A DNA stretch of 64,000 nucleotides, taken from positions 124,001 to 188,000 of the forward strand of contig CP060758.1 in assembly GCA_023205875.1 (NCBI GenBank). Direction: 5' to 3'. Made by a program: the position numbers and the translations under genes. Below are positions 1 through 11,589 of this stretch, piece after piece. Numbering within the stretch: the first letter of the stretch is position 1; the number at the start of each line of letters is the position of its first letter. This DNA comes from Chloropicon primus (taxonomy: Eukaryota). The notes beneath the pieces are model-generated. The model worked only from the letters and a program-made list of their open reading frames with translations. It ran no database searches and was not told the DNA's origin.

Positions 1-501
1 GTTTTTGCCGTTATTTATCCATGGACGCGTACACTAAAAATGAGATGTGAGAGATCGGGCGCTTGGAGGAGGACGGGACCGTGCGTGGTTTTGCTCCCAG
101 GGCTTGACCAAGACGGCAACCCCTCACGATGGCGATCCCCTTGTCCCTCACGGGTAGGATCTCCCTCCCCTTTGGTGCGATGCTTGCCCCTTTCAAGCTA
201 GAATTTCCGGACACCAAGCAAGCAGGAGGAAAGAAAGTGGACGAGGGAGAGAGCAGTGGAGGCAAAAGGTAATTGAAATATATTGTACAAGCTTTTATTT
301 GCTTCAATGGATCATACAAGATGAAGCAAAACATGCAACATGCAACATGCAGAGGGGAGCAAGAATCAGGGGGGGTGCGGAGAGAACATGCAGAGGCCAA
401 GGTGTACGTTGGTGTCCACCTTGACCCAAAGAAAAATCAAAGCGAGAGCTCAGAAAGCACAAAGAATGCAAGCAGGCAGGCGATCAAAGTCTTTCTTTGC
501 C

Positions 502-1682
502 TCACTTTCCAGGTCCAGGGAAGGCAATATCCACTGCGGTGAGTGGCAAGGCGCCACCTCCCAATCCTCGAAGAGCATCCTGCACGCCGAACAGGGCGGG
601 CTCCTTGCTGCTTCTTCCGGCTCCAATGCCAGCGCTGGCGCCAACAAAGGTAGGGGTGGAAAGAGCCACGTCGTTACCGGCGGCAACGCGGAAAGGCCTC
701 GACTCGCTGATCGTAGCTCCATCAAAGTAAGAGTTGGCGGTTCCGACAGGCTCGTAGTGGAGGTTGGTCATGTGGCCCTCCGTGGCAGACTCCGCAAAAG
801 TCTGCTTGGGGCTGCTTTGCCTCACGCCAGTCCTCGCCTGAGTTCCAGAGTTGCCGCTGGCCTTGCCGAACAATCCCGAGGACGCCCAGGTGGCGGACTT
901 GGTCAGAGACCAGTCCGTGCCATTCCCCCTCTCTGCCTGAACCCAATGGCACCGTTGGCGGAGGTGATCTCGGCATGTGGTCCCTTGGCCTCGATGTGAG
1001 ATCCACCAGTAGCACTGGCAAACCTCCTGCTTCTTGTCTCCTCCTCCTCGCCCACATCAAGGAGTCTCCTTCCGTGTCCAGGGAAGGCGACATCCACTGC
1101 GGCGAGTGGCAAGACTCCACCTCCAAAGGCTCGAAGAGCATCCTGCGTGCCGAACAGGGCGGGCTCCGTCAGCGCCACTCCGGCTCCAATGCCAGCACTG
1201 GCGCCAGCGAAGAGAGGGGTCGCAAGGGCAACGTCGTTACCGGCGGCAACATCGAGAGGCCTTTCCAAGCTCGATCCAGATCCATCAAAGTAAGAGTTGG
1301 CCGTGCTGTGAGGCTCGTAGTGGAAGTTGCTCATGTGAGCGTCGGTGGCAGACTCTCCGTGGGTGCTGATGTCGTCACCCTTGCCGGTGTCCGCGTACGT
1401 TCCTGAGTTACCATTGGCCTCGCCGTACAATCCGGAGGACACATAGGTGGCGGACTTAGCCAGAGACCAATCGGTCTTGTCCTTCTCTCTGTACGCGATG
1501 GCTGCGTTTCCGGAAGAGACGTGGGCATTGGGCCCCTTGGAAGAGACGTGGGATCCACCAGTAGCCCTGGCGAACTGTCTCGAGGGTGGGATGCCGGTTC
1601 CCTCGTTGTAGAACGAGTTGCTGCAAGCCGCGGAGCTGACCGCGAGTGCGGCCAATGCAAGGTACATGGCCTTCTTGCTCAT
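502..1682 (-). CDS. Secreted Gly/Ser/Ala-rich protein with two homologous ~170-aa domains; apparent 1-nt frameshift at 925-929 (pseudogene or sequencing error)
   Basis: Signal peptide MSKKAMYLALAALAVSSAAC. ORF 903-1748 and ORF 502-873 both contain ...HMxNxHYEP...ANSYFDG...VAAGNDVAL...VDxAFPG. Domain spacing is 563 nt, one short of a multiple of 3. Confidence 0.75.
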
Positions 1683-1801
1683 ATTGTTGTTGTTGTTGTT
1701 CGAGTTCATGGTTGACTGGTGAGTGATCGTGGGTGTTGCTGGAAGCAAGCAGTTGGCGACAGCCTGATCAAAAATGTGATCCCGTTTTGGGCCGAAGGCC
1801 C

Positions 1802-1809
1802 TATTTATA
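1802..1809 (-). promoter_or_regulatory. Probable TATA box of secreted-protein gene copy 1
   Basis: TATAAATA on the minus strand ~120 nt upstream of the ATG at 1682; conserved in copy 2. Confidence 0.55.
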
Positions 1810-2481
1810 GGTCGGCCGGGCCGGAGCGGAGGGAGGCGAAAACCGGTTTGCCCCGTGGCAATCGAGTGGACGGCGCTGTCCTCTCCGTTTTGTCCACCCC
1901 TTTGCCGTTGGGATCGGCGTCATTGCCACACTTTGGTCGCCAGGCGGCCATTTTTGCCAGAGCTCGAGGCAAAATCCTCGTGTTTTTGCCGTTATTTATC
2001 CATGGACGCGTACACTAAAAATGAGATGTGAGAGATCGGGCGCTTGGAGGAGGACGGGACCGTGCGTGGTTTTGCTCCCAGGGCTTGACCAAGACGACAA
2101 CCCCTCACGATGGCGATCCCCTTGTCCCTCACGGGTAGGATCTCCCTCCCCTTTGGTGCGATGCTTGCCCCTTTCAAGCTAGAATTTCCCGACACCAAGC
2201 AAGCAGGAGGAAAGAAAGTGGACGAGGGAGAGAGCAGTGGAGGCAAAAGGTAATTGAAATATATTGTACAAGCTTTTATTTGCTTCAATGGATCATACAA
2301 GATGAAGCAAAACATGCAACATGCAACATGCAGAGGGGAACAAGAATCAGGGGGGTGCGGAGAGAACATGCAGAGGCCAAGGTGTACGTTGGTGTCCACC
2401 TTGACCCAAAGAAAAATCAAAGCGAGAGCTCAGAAAGCACAAAGACTGCAAGCAGGCAGGCGATCAAAATCTTTCTTTGCC

Positions 2482-3099
2482 TCACTTTCCAGGTCCAGGG
2501 AAGGCGACATCCACTGCGGCGAGTGGCAAGACTCCACCTCCAAAGGCTCGAAGAGCATCCTGCGTGCCGAACAGGGCAGGCTCCGTCAGCGCCACTCCGG
2601 CTCCAATGCCAGCACTGGCGCCAGCGAAGAGAGGGGTCGCAAGGGCAACGTCGTTACCGGCGGCAACATCGAGAGGCCTTTCCAAGCTCGATCCAGATCC
2701 ATCAAAGTAAGAGTTGGCCGTGCTGTGAGGCTCGTAGTGGAAGTTGCTCATGTGAGCGTCGGTGGCAGACTCTCCGTGGGTGCTGATGTCGTCACCCTTG
2801 CCGGTGTCCGCGTACGTTCCTGAGTTACCATTGGCCTCGCCGTACAATCCGGAGGACGTCCAGGTGGCGGACTTGGTCAGAGACCAATCGGTCTTGTCCT
2901 TCTCTCTGTACGCGATGGCTGCGTTTCCGGAAGAGACGTGGGCATTGGGCCCCTTGGAAGAGACGTGGGATCCACCAGTAGCCCTGCCGAACTGTCTCAA
3001 GGGTGGGATGCCGGTTCCCTCGTTGTAGAACGAGTTGCTGCAAGCCGCGGAGCTGACCGCGAGTGCGGCCAATGCAAGGTACATGGCCTTCTTGCTCAT
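2482..3099 (-). CDS. Secreted protein, single-domain paralogue (205 aa)
   Basis: Same signal peptide and domain 1 as 502-1682, but ends with the domain-2 terminus FPGPGK*. Intact frame. Confidence 0.8.
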   Translation of the reverse strand: MSKKAMYLALAALAVSSAACSNSFYNEGTGIPPLRQFGRATGGSHVSSKGPNAHVSSGNAAIAYREKDKTDWSLTKSATWTSSGLYGEANGNSGTYADTGKGDDISTHGESATDAHMSNFHYEPHSTANSYFDGSGSSLERPLDVAAGNDVALATPLFAGASAGIGAGVALTEPALFGTQDALRAFGGGVLPLAAVDVAFPGPGK

Positions 3100-3218
3100 A
3101 TTGTTGTTGTTGTTGTTCGAGTTCATGGTTGACTGGTGAGTGATCGTGGGTGTTGCTGGAAGCAAGCAGTTGGCGACAGCCTGATCAAAAATGTGATCCC
3201 GTTTTGGGCCGAAGGCCC

Positions 3219-3226
3219 TATTTATA
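3219..3226 (-). promoter_or_regulatory. Probable TATA box of secreted-protein gene copy 2
   Basis: TATAAATA on the minus strand at the same offset from the ATG as in copy 1. Confidence 0.55.
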
Positions 3227-4039
3227 GGTCGGCCGGGCCGGAGCGGAGGGAGGCGAAAACCGGTTTGCCCCGTGGCAATCGAGTGGACGGCGCTGTCCTC
3301 TCCGTTTTGTCCACCCCTTTTGCCGTTGGGATCGGCGTCATTGCCACACTTTGGTCGCCAGGCGGCCATTTTTGCCAGAGCTCGAGGCAAAATCCTCGTG
3401 TTTTTGCCGTTATTTATCCATGGACGCGTACACTAAAAATGAGATGTGAGAGATCGGGCGCTTGGAGGAGGACGGGACCGTGCGTGGTTTTGCTCCCAGG
3501 GCTTGACCAAGACGGCAACCCCTCACGATGGCGATCCCCTTGTCCCTCACGGGTAGGATCTCCCTCCCCTTTGGTGCGATGCTTGCCCCTTTCAAGCTAG
3601 AATTTCCCGACACCAAGCAAGCAGGAGGAAAGAAAGTGGACGAGGGAGACGGCGAGGGCAGTGGAGGGCTGGGAGAGAGGTGGGTTCTGACGGAGATAAC
3701 CACCCCTCACGACAGTGGTCTCCTCACCCCTCTTCGCGATCTCCCTCTCCCTTCATGCATGGTATGGATGCCCCTCCCTTCTGACTCCTTCGCGCCAAAG
3801 CGGGGCGTTACGATTCAAAAAAATTTCCCAGCAGGCGATCGATCGATCGATTCTTCATCTTCAGGGGAGGAGGAGCGCCTGGATCGATCGCAGCGGAGAG
3901 GCAGGACAGTGCGAGGGCGAGGACGAGGACGAGGACGGTGCCTGGAGGGGTGGATCGCGAACGGTTTGAGCGCGCGGTGTCGCGTCATTCGCGAATTTAG
4001 CGGAGTGCGCCGCTTCGAGGTGGTACAGACGACGACTCC

Positions 4040-5356
4040 ATGAAGACTCGAAGCAAGGTGAGGAGGGGCGGGGAGGAGGGCAGTGCGAGGGAAATGGAGG
4101 GGGAGAGCGCGCCGAGGGTCCCGCGGGAGGAGGTGAGGACGGTGGAGGTGGTTTCCAAAAAGGAACCGTCCTGCTGCGATATCTGCGGGGCCACGAGCAC
4201 GCCTCTCTGGAGACAGATCAGGGGTAAGAGCACCTGCAACGCCTGCGGGCTGAGGCACAAGAGGCACGGGTCGTTCTCCTTCAGGAAGAGAATCAAGGGC
4301 GGATCGAAACCGAAGCAAGGCGCCGTGAAGAAGCGGGCTCCCCGCGGTCATCCCGGGGCCATCTTGGCCGAGGCGGGCACCACGAGATTGAGGGCACGCC
4401 GGTGCCCCGTTCCCGGCAAGGTCTGCGAAGAGCCACGACTCACGACAAAGGCGGCGACGACGGTGGGGGGTCGCGCTAGGAAGAGGAAGAAGGATGCCGT
4501 GAAAGTGGACACGATCGAAGAGGTGGTTCCGGCTGCGGACGCGGCGCAGACCTGGAACGGCAACGGCGGTGGACTTTTGGCGGCGGAGCCGATCATCACA
4601 AACTGCCCAAGCGACCTCGCCCTCCTTCCGTGGCTTGCATCAGCTTCAGAGACCCGTTCCTTGCTGGGGCTGCCTTGCTCCTTCGACCCCAGGGCGAGCA
4701 GACCCGTGGGGCCCGAGTCCTCCGGAGAAGGGGCTTTGTCTCAGAATCCCCGTGACGCGGGGAAGGCCGTCGACGCGGCCCAAGCTCTTGTGGAGGACGA
4801 GGATGCGGGTGCCCTGAGTGACAGCGAGAGCTGCGAGACCATCAGCCCGTACAACTCCAAGATAAGAAAGTACACGCGAGGGGACGACGACCAGGGGATC
4901 GGCGTGGAGACCAACGTCGATCACCTGGCCGCCGGGACTTTGGAGGCTCGGGACGACCTTTCCTTCATGAGGCAGCTCGGGATGCCGCCGCCGCAGTACC
5001 ACCACCACTACGGCGGGGCTCTTCAGTACTTCCCCGGGGTTTACAGTGCGCCCCCCGCTGGGTTCGTGGCGTTGCCGCCGGCGAGATGCACGTTCGCGGC
5101 AGCCACCCAGACCAAGAGCTGCAGCCTGTACATGTCTCTGCAGACCCGTTACAACACGTGCAAGACGAACGTGAGGTCCCGCTTGCTGGAGGAGCTCCGC
5201 AGCATCACGGTAGCCCTCCAGAGGATCGACGAGGAGATCATCAGGAGGAAGGAGGCTTACGACAACGAGATTCTCACCCACGTGGAGTCCGTCCCCGTGC
5301 CACTCCCTCTCGTCTTCTCGTTCCCCCCGCTCTCCTCGAGCACGTACTACTTCTAA
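4040..5356 (+). CDS. GATA-type zinc-finger transcription factor (3' end may be spliced to downstream exons)
   Basis: CDICGATSTPLWR-x7-CNACGLRHKR GATA finger motif. Confidence 0.85.
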   Translation: MKTRSKVRRGGEEGSAREMEGESAPRVPREEVRTVEVVSKKEPSCCDICGATSTPLWRQIRGKSTCNACGLRHKRHGSFSFRKRIKGGSKPKQGAVKKRAPRGHPGAILAEAGTTRLRARRCPVPGKVCEEPRLTTKAATTVGGRARKRKKDAVKVDTIEEVVPAADAAQTWNGNGGGLLAAEPIITNCPSDLALLPWLASASETRSLLGLPCSFDPRASRPVGPESSGEGALSQNPRDAGKAVDAAQALVEDEDAGALSDSESCETISPYNSKIRKYTRGDDDQGIGVETNVDHLAAGTLEARDDLSFMRQLGMPPPQYHHHYGGALQYFPGVYSAPPAGFVALPPARCTFAAATQTKSCSLYMSLQTRYNTCKTNVRSRLLEELRSITVALQRIDEEIIRRKEAYDNEILTHVESVPVPLPLVFSFPPLSSSTYYF

Positions 5357-5904
5357 ATAATCCATCCGATGATGTGTCCGTGAAGCTGCGTTACAACAAC
5401 AAACTGGACAAGTCAGTCCATGTAAGAAGACGAACACAAACACAAACCAACCAACAGCAAACGGGAAGATGCCTTTCTTCCTTTTTCCTTCCCCACACCA
5501 TGCAAGCCACTTGTTGGTTGTTGGTTGGGTTGGGTTTGCAACAAAAACAAAACAAAACTTGGTATAAGTCGTCTCCTCTTGTGGATACAATTCGTTATTC
5601 AGCTCCGTATCGTGGCTCTGGCTCCTCCCACGTGAGGAGAGCGGCGTTGCAGTTGCAAGAGCAAACAGCGAACCAACACGAGGATTCCTCCACCTTCACC
5701 ACCTGCTTACGGGCGCAACTCTTGTCTCGTCTCGTCTTGTCTTGTCTCGTGCCGTGCCGTGTCGCATCACACAGAAGCGACCCATCGATCACGACCACGA
5801 GCGAGGGGGTCGTGGTGTGTCGTTGCTAGGGAGGGAAAGGAGTTTGTGCATGTTCTGGGAGGGGGAGCAGGGCTAGGGGAGTGGTCGACGCGTATAGGAG
5901 CGAG

Positions 5905-7037
5905 ATGATCCCGCCCAAGAAGAGACGGATAGATTCGAAGAACAGCAGGATTGGGGAAGTCCTCAAGGAGCACGGACACGTGTTTTCGCTGCACCCGTAC
6001 AAGTTCTTAGTGTCATGGAACGGTGAGTTCGTCAAACGGTGGCCACGCGTCGCGTCCTCGCGTTCTCTAGCCCTCGACTGACCTTGCTTTGCTCGTCTCC
6101 GTCGTGTTTCGCTTCTCTCTTCGCAGGCGTTCTGGTTCTGGCTTTTCGAGGTTTCACAGAGAAGATATTCTCCCTCAAGCTTGCCTTGAATGAGTGCGAC
6201 CTGTTCGCAAGGGAGAACCCAGGATCCATGTGGCCCAAGTGTAAGTGCCTCCTCACTCCGCAATCCCAGAGTCCCTTTCTGTTCCCCTCCCTTGTTCCTC
6301 GTTTACTCGTTCAACACTGTGACCTGACTCCTCTCTCTCCTCCTCCCCTCTTCGCTCGTGACGTGGTTGGGTTTTCCCCAGGTTCTTTGGGGTGCTTGAA
6401 GGAATCAAGGCGCCTCTCCATGGACCAGCTGAAGCTGCTCACAAAGATCTGCAACGATTACAACAGCCAGGTCTTCGGCGGCACCATGGGGGACTTCCAC
6501 GAAGCGTTCAAGGACAACCCAAATTCCATGCTCCCGGTTCTGATGCCGATGCGGGTGAAGAGCCTCTACCTCACTCTGTACGAGTGCAGGAGCCACGAGT
6601 ACGTGGCCTTGAACGAGGAGTTCGTGCTCAAGGAGGAGCAGCCTGTTGGCGAGAATGCTACCGAGGAAGAAAAAGCCGTTGCTACGAAGACCAGCAAAAT
6701 CGATAGAATTGATCCGGACGAGAAGGCCAGGGTGGAGGAAATTTACAACGAGACTCTGGAACCGAACAGTTACTGGTTCTATGCCTCGAAAGACGGCCAC
6801 AGGGAGTCTCATTACAGGGAGAACCATCTTGGGTCGAGCATCGTGGCCTGGGTGAAGGAGCACTTGTTCCTGTCGCAGCCAACTCCTTTCTCTCGCTACA
6901 AGGGCAAGACCATCGAATGGGTGAACACCTTCCAGCTCATAAAGGACTTCTGCGCTTCCATTGAAGAGGCCCTCCCCGACTACTACACATTTTTTGACCA
7001 GGATTCTCTCCACGTGACCATCAGAGCTGTCACTTGA
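5905..7037 (+). CDS. Hypothetical protein, spliced (introns 6023-6126 and 6241-6381); may extend upstream
   Basis: GTGAGT..CAG and GTAAGT..CAG introns join ORFs 5881-6081 and 6039-7037 in frame. No family recognised. Confidence 0.6.
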
Positions 7038-7204
7038 GCACGGCCTGTCAGGCGGTAGGAGCCGCGCTCCGCTGTATATCTATGTCATGCCTGCCACGCT
7101 ACTGATTGATTGATTTTCATATGTAGTCTATAGTAAAGATATTAGTTTAAAATATTCTTCCCAGAACAGAAGGCCTCGCGCTCGCAACGGGTGCATCATC
7201 ATCA

Positions 7205-8114
7205 TCAAGCTCTGTAACTTAGGTTGTCTCTGAGTCCAAGCTTTTGGACAATCCCGATGTAGCGCGCATAGTCCTTCCTGTGCAGGTACTTCAACATCCT
7301 CCTTCTATGGGACAGCCACTTGTACAGCCCTCTTCTGCTGTGCTTGTCTTTCTTGTGTTCGCGGAGGTGCTCCGACATGAGCTTGATCTTCTCGGTCCAC
7401 TGGGCGATCTGGATCTCAGGGCTTCCCGTATCTCGCTTGGACCGGGCGTGGTCCCGTCGCACCTCCACCAGCTTCTCCTGAAGGAGCTCCGACCGAGACT
7501 TGCCCTGGTCCGAAAGGTACTTTTGTTGTTGTGTGTGGAGGGGGATGGGTGTATTTGTCAGTCAGCTGGAAAAACGTTGGGGCTAGGTAGGAGAGGGGAA
7601 AAGCAGATACGGTGTAGCGAGCGAAACAATCGCGGTGCGCGGGGACGTCGTGGCTTACCCTTCGAACAAGGTCCGGCTGCGGACGCTCTCCCTCCTCCCA
7701 GCTTCCAAAGTGGGTCTCCACATCAAAGTCTTCCGGAAGCTCGACCTCCCCCGTCAATATCTCCTCCATGGTCACAGGAAAGTCAATGCCGTTCACGTGA
7801 TACAACCTCTCCTCCCCCCTCCTCCCCGCGAACCCTGAGGTATCCAACACACCCAAATCATCACCACGCCCGTCCTCCCTCTCCTGCCCTTTCCCTTCCG
7901 CCTCACTCCCCGTCGTCGCAAACCCCCTCGCCACAACAGACCTATGCTTCTCCCTCGGCTCGAAGCCGTTCAGCAGCTTGTTCCAAGTCAGAGCGGAGCT
8001 TGCGTCGGCCTTAAGCCCCGCCGCAGTCCATAACGACCTCGCTCCTGCGTTCACCCACACCCGAGACGCAGTCCACGCCACCTCCGCCGCTCCTCTCCTC
8101 AGCGCTCCAAACAT
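7205..8114 (-). CDS. RPS15: Mitochondrial ribosomal protein S15 (intron 7520-7610)
   Basis: [10 protein letters not shown]...[15 protein letters not shown]...RRRMLKYL S15 signature; mitochondrial-type presequence; in-frame GT-AG intron. Confidence 0.9.
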
Positions 8115-8738
8115 GATATACTCTCCTTCGCCCGCCGCCCGTCGGTCCAATCAATCCTTAACTCCCGCCGTCCCGGTCAAGCGAGGTATCAAACGAAAGC
8201 TCGTGAGACGCACTTGCCCTCTCCACCTCTGTCCTCCCTCCCCTCGAAGCAAACCTTCCAGAGCCACAAAAAAAAACAAAAGCACACACACCCACACACA
8301 AAAACGAATCTTCATTCAGTCTCCCAATGCCTCACCACGGCGCCGTTCCTTTCAAGCGAGAGCTCATACGAAAGATCACGAGGCGCATCTTCTCTCCATC
8401 CCCCCTTCTGTCAACCAAGCCCTCGTCCTCGCCGCCCATACCGTCGCCAACTCACCTCGTTCTCGATCTTCGTGGCCGCCTCTTGGAATGGAATGCCTCT
8501 TCCTGGTTTCTGTCGTGGTCAACCCTCCACCCTCACGCCAATCGTTCGACCGACGGATCAATCGAAAGAGGAGAACGATCGCCGTTTTCCTATCGAGCCC
8601 GTTTCCCTACCCAAGACCCTTTTCCTCGTCCTCTTGGGCGTCGAAGTTGGCGCTCTTCCTCTCCTCCTCCTTGGCCGACGCCGTGAAGCGACGAGTGAAG
8701 AGGCGAAGAGCGGAGAGGCGAGGAAGAGGAGGAGCGCG

Positions 8739-10160
8739 ATGAGCTTCCTTCTGAGTTCGTTCTCGTTGCCGAAGCGGGCGAAGAGGAAGGAGGAAGGGAG
8801 GGAAGGAAGCAAGGACGGAGGGAAGGAGGCAAGGGACGCGCCCTCACCGGCGGCGTCGTTAGGGAGGAAGAGAGGGGAGGGAAGGGATGTTCATGTTCAT
8901 GGTGATGTCGATGTCAAGGGAGGGGCAGGGTTGTCATCCAAAGGGAGGGAGGGGAAGGGAGAGGCGAGAGGGAGGAGGGAAGGGGAGGGGGGAGGGGAAG
9001 GGAAGAGCGAGAGGGGTGTTCGGTCCACGCGGTCTTCGGCTAGAAATGCCAAGGTCGTGGAGAAGGATGCAGGAGGAAGTCCCAAGCTTACGAAACAAAC
9101 CTCGGAGGCTGCCAAGCTTGCCAAGCATGCCAAGAGGTCCTCGTCGTCCTCCAAGACAAAGTCTGTCTCCAAGTCTGGCGGTCCGTCGTCCTCGAAGGGC
9201 AAGAAGAAGGGCAGTGGGAGGACTTTGCGCGGAGGGGAGAAGGACAAGTCGAGCGAGAAGAGCGAGGATGTTTCGGCTTCCGCGAAGCAGGCTGCCCCTG
9301 GGAGGGAGGTGACTGGTCGAGCTATCGTGCCCTTGGAGCCCCAGGAAGCGCCGGACGTGTCCAGGGATGATCCCTTGTGGTCTTCCAAGGTGGAGACCCA
9401 GAGGAGGGCCAGCACGGTGCAGAAGGTGGTGAAGAAAGCTTCGAGGATGAACAACAAGAGGCAGAGGGGCACGGGCAGGCAGGTGGAGACGCAGGCCAAG
9501 AAGCCCCTCTCTGCGATGACCTTGAAGGAGATCATCAAGCAGTCCGTCGAGGCGGATCGCACGGAGAACAGGAAGAGGCCTCGAGTGCCCAGGGGATCCG
9601 CCGCAGCAGCACAGGAGGCTGCCAAGGAAGGAGAGGCGGCCGAGGGCGGCAAAGGAAAGGGAGCCTCGAGGGACGGGGGGCGTGCGGAGGGTTCGCACTC
9701 TGGGGTGGCGGGCGCCGGCCCAAGCTCCTCCAAGGACTCGATTGCTCCCCAGGTCCAGGTGGTCGACGGTCAGATCGTCATCAACAGGGAGAGTCTTTCC
9801 GTCAAGGCGCAGGTGGAAACCGTCATGAAGCCCGAGAGGAGGGTGGAGGAGTCGGGCAACAAGCTCAGTGCTTTCAGTTACTCGGGTTACCTCGCTCCAG
9901 AGAAGTGGACGAAGGAGGACACGGACAAGTTCTACAAGGCCCTCGAGCAGTTCGGCACGGACTTTGGCACCATCCAAAAGTTCTTTCCCAAGAGGGAGAG
10001 AAAGCAGATCAAGTCGAAGTTCAGGAGGGAGGAGAAGGGCAACCCGGAAAAGATTGAGAAGGCCCTCGATACGCACAGAGGGATGAGTGCTGAGGTCTGC
10101 GTCGAGAACCTGAAAAAGCTCGTCGAGCTCATGCAACGGGCGGAACAAGATAACTCCTGA
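8739..10160 (+). CDS. BDP1: TFIIIB subunit B'' (Bdp1-like SANT/Myb domain)
   Basis: APQVQVVDGQIVINRESL and KWTKEDTDKFYKALEQFGTDF..IQKFFPKRERKQIKSKFRREEK. Confidence 0.85.
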   Translation: MSFLLSSFSLPKRAKRKEEGREGSKDGGKEARDAPSPAASLGRKRGEGRDVHVHGDVDVKGGAGLSSKGREGKGEARGRREGEGGGEGKSERGVRSTRSSARNAKVVEKDAGGSPKLTKQTSEAAKLAKHAKRSSSSSKTKSVSKSGGPSSSKGKKKGSGRTLRGGEKDKSSEKSEDVSASAKQAAPGREVTGRAIVPLEPQEAPDVSRDDPLWSSKVETQRRASTVQKVVKKASRMNNKRQRGTGRQVETQAKKPLSAMTLKEIIKQSVEADRTENRKRPRVPRGSAAAAQEAAKEGEAAEGGKGKGASRDGGRAEGSHSGVAGAGPSSSKDSIAPQVQVVDGQIVINRESLSVKAQVETVMKPERRVEESGNKLSAFSYSGYLAPEKWTKEDTDKFYKALEQFGTDFGTIQKFFPKRERKQIKSKFRREEKGNPEKIEKALDTHRGMSAEVCVENLKKLVELMQRAEQDNS

Positions 10161-10335
10161 GTAGACCAAGAGAGATAGGTGAGAAGAGGGAGAGGGAGAG
10201 AAGAGGGAGAGAAGAGGGAGAGAAGAGCTCGAACTGTACCATATTTTGTTTCTAAACCCACGATATTTGGTGAAGAAAAATCTACCTTGCTTGTTTACAC
10301 AATAATGAGTTCACTCTTACGTTCATCTCATTTTT

Positions 10336-11386
10336 CTACTGGCTTGGGTTAATGCCAAAAAGCATGTTGTTGCCGCTTGGGAGGTAAGAGACATTCCTGG
10401 ACTTTCCAAGGGAGGCAGCGATTTCCTTGGCGGCTTCGATTCGCCTGAGCTCGATGAGTCCCGTTCCAGCTTGCCTGGTCGCCTCCGAAATCAGGCGCGC
10501 AGACTCACTCTCTCCCTCGGCCTTGACAATGGCGGCCTTCCTCTCCTGGTCACTCTTCAGGACCACGTACTTGGCCCTCTCGGCTTCCTGCTCCGCGACC
10601 TGCTTCTGCTCAATAGCCCTGGAGAACTCCACGCCGAACTGCAAGTGCGTGATGGCAACGTCCTCGATAATGAAGTTGTAGTCCCTCGCTCTCTTTGTCA
10701 GGTTGGCCCTTATCTTTTCCGAAACTTGGTCACGCTTCGTGAGGAGCTCCTCGGCGTTGTACTGGGCGACCACAGCCTTGAGCACCTCGTTTGTAATCGA
10801 TGGGAGCACACGCTCGTCGTAGTCCAAGCCCAAGTTCCTAAATATCGTCTGAAGCATGTTCATGTCTGGCCGAGTCAGAACACGCAAAACGATCTCAACC
10901 TGTTTCACAGTTCAAACAAAACACACAAGACGACGAAAGGAGAAAAGAGGTCAGCGCACGTCACGCGACTGGAAGCGCACAAAGCGCGCGCGGGGGGGGC
11001 ACAACAAGCGGCCGGTTCGGTCCCTCCTTCGCGAACGAACCAACGAATGAATGAATAAATGAATGAATGAATGAATGAAGCCTCGGTGGTGAGTATGAGT
11101 CTTACCATCTGAAGATCCTTTGTTCCGGTGGCGGAGGGTATGAGTCTGGGTCTGATCTTGACATCCATGATGTGAGCGGTCTGCACCCAAGGGACCAAGA
11201 AGTGCGTCCCCTCGTCGGAGGCCACAGGCAAGACACCCCTAAACCTATCAAAAATTACTGCGCGTTCTCCACCGTCCACGTTATAAAGCGACGCGGCGAC
11301 TGCACTGCCGCCGATACCGAGAACGGCCGCGTACTTGGCGAGGCTGCTCAAGCCCCTTGCCAGCATCTCCGCTGCTGCCTTCTGAC

Positions 11387-11390
<4 letters not shown>
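10336..11390 (-). CDS. PHB: Prohibitin (intron 10900-11105)
   Basis: [20 protein letters not shown]...TGTKDLQMV joined to ...[12 protein letters not shown]...[16 protein letters not shown]. Confidence 0.95.
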
Positions 11391-11427
<37 letters not shown>

Positions 11428-11589
11428 GCGCCGCCCTGTTGCTCTCGGAGCCAAGAGAATCAGAAATCGCGAGATGGCGAGGATGGCGAGGATGGCGATG
11501 GCGATGGGAACGAGGGGCTGGCTGGCACGAATCGCTGGCACGAATCGCTGGCAAGGGGGTTGGAAGGTGTCATATATAAGTGGTCGAGC

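Larger units (their letters stand above)
1..3650. repeat. Tandem segmental duplication; units start at 1, 1982 and 3400 (third copy partial)
   Basis: GTTTTTGCCGTTATTTATCCATGGACGCG... recurs near-identically at 1, 1982 and 3400 (periods 1981 and 1418). Similarity ends at ~3650 and the array probably continues left of the window. Confidence 0.95.

Noticed and set aside
11..500. ORFs repeated in the spacer of the tandem array (11-400, 1992-2420, 3410-3703)
   Set aside because: They recur only because the DNA is duplicated, differ by frameshifting indels between copies, and lack coding bias.
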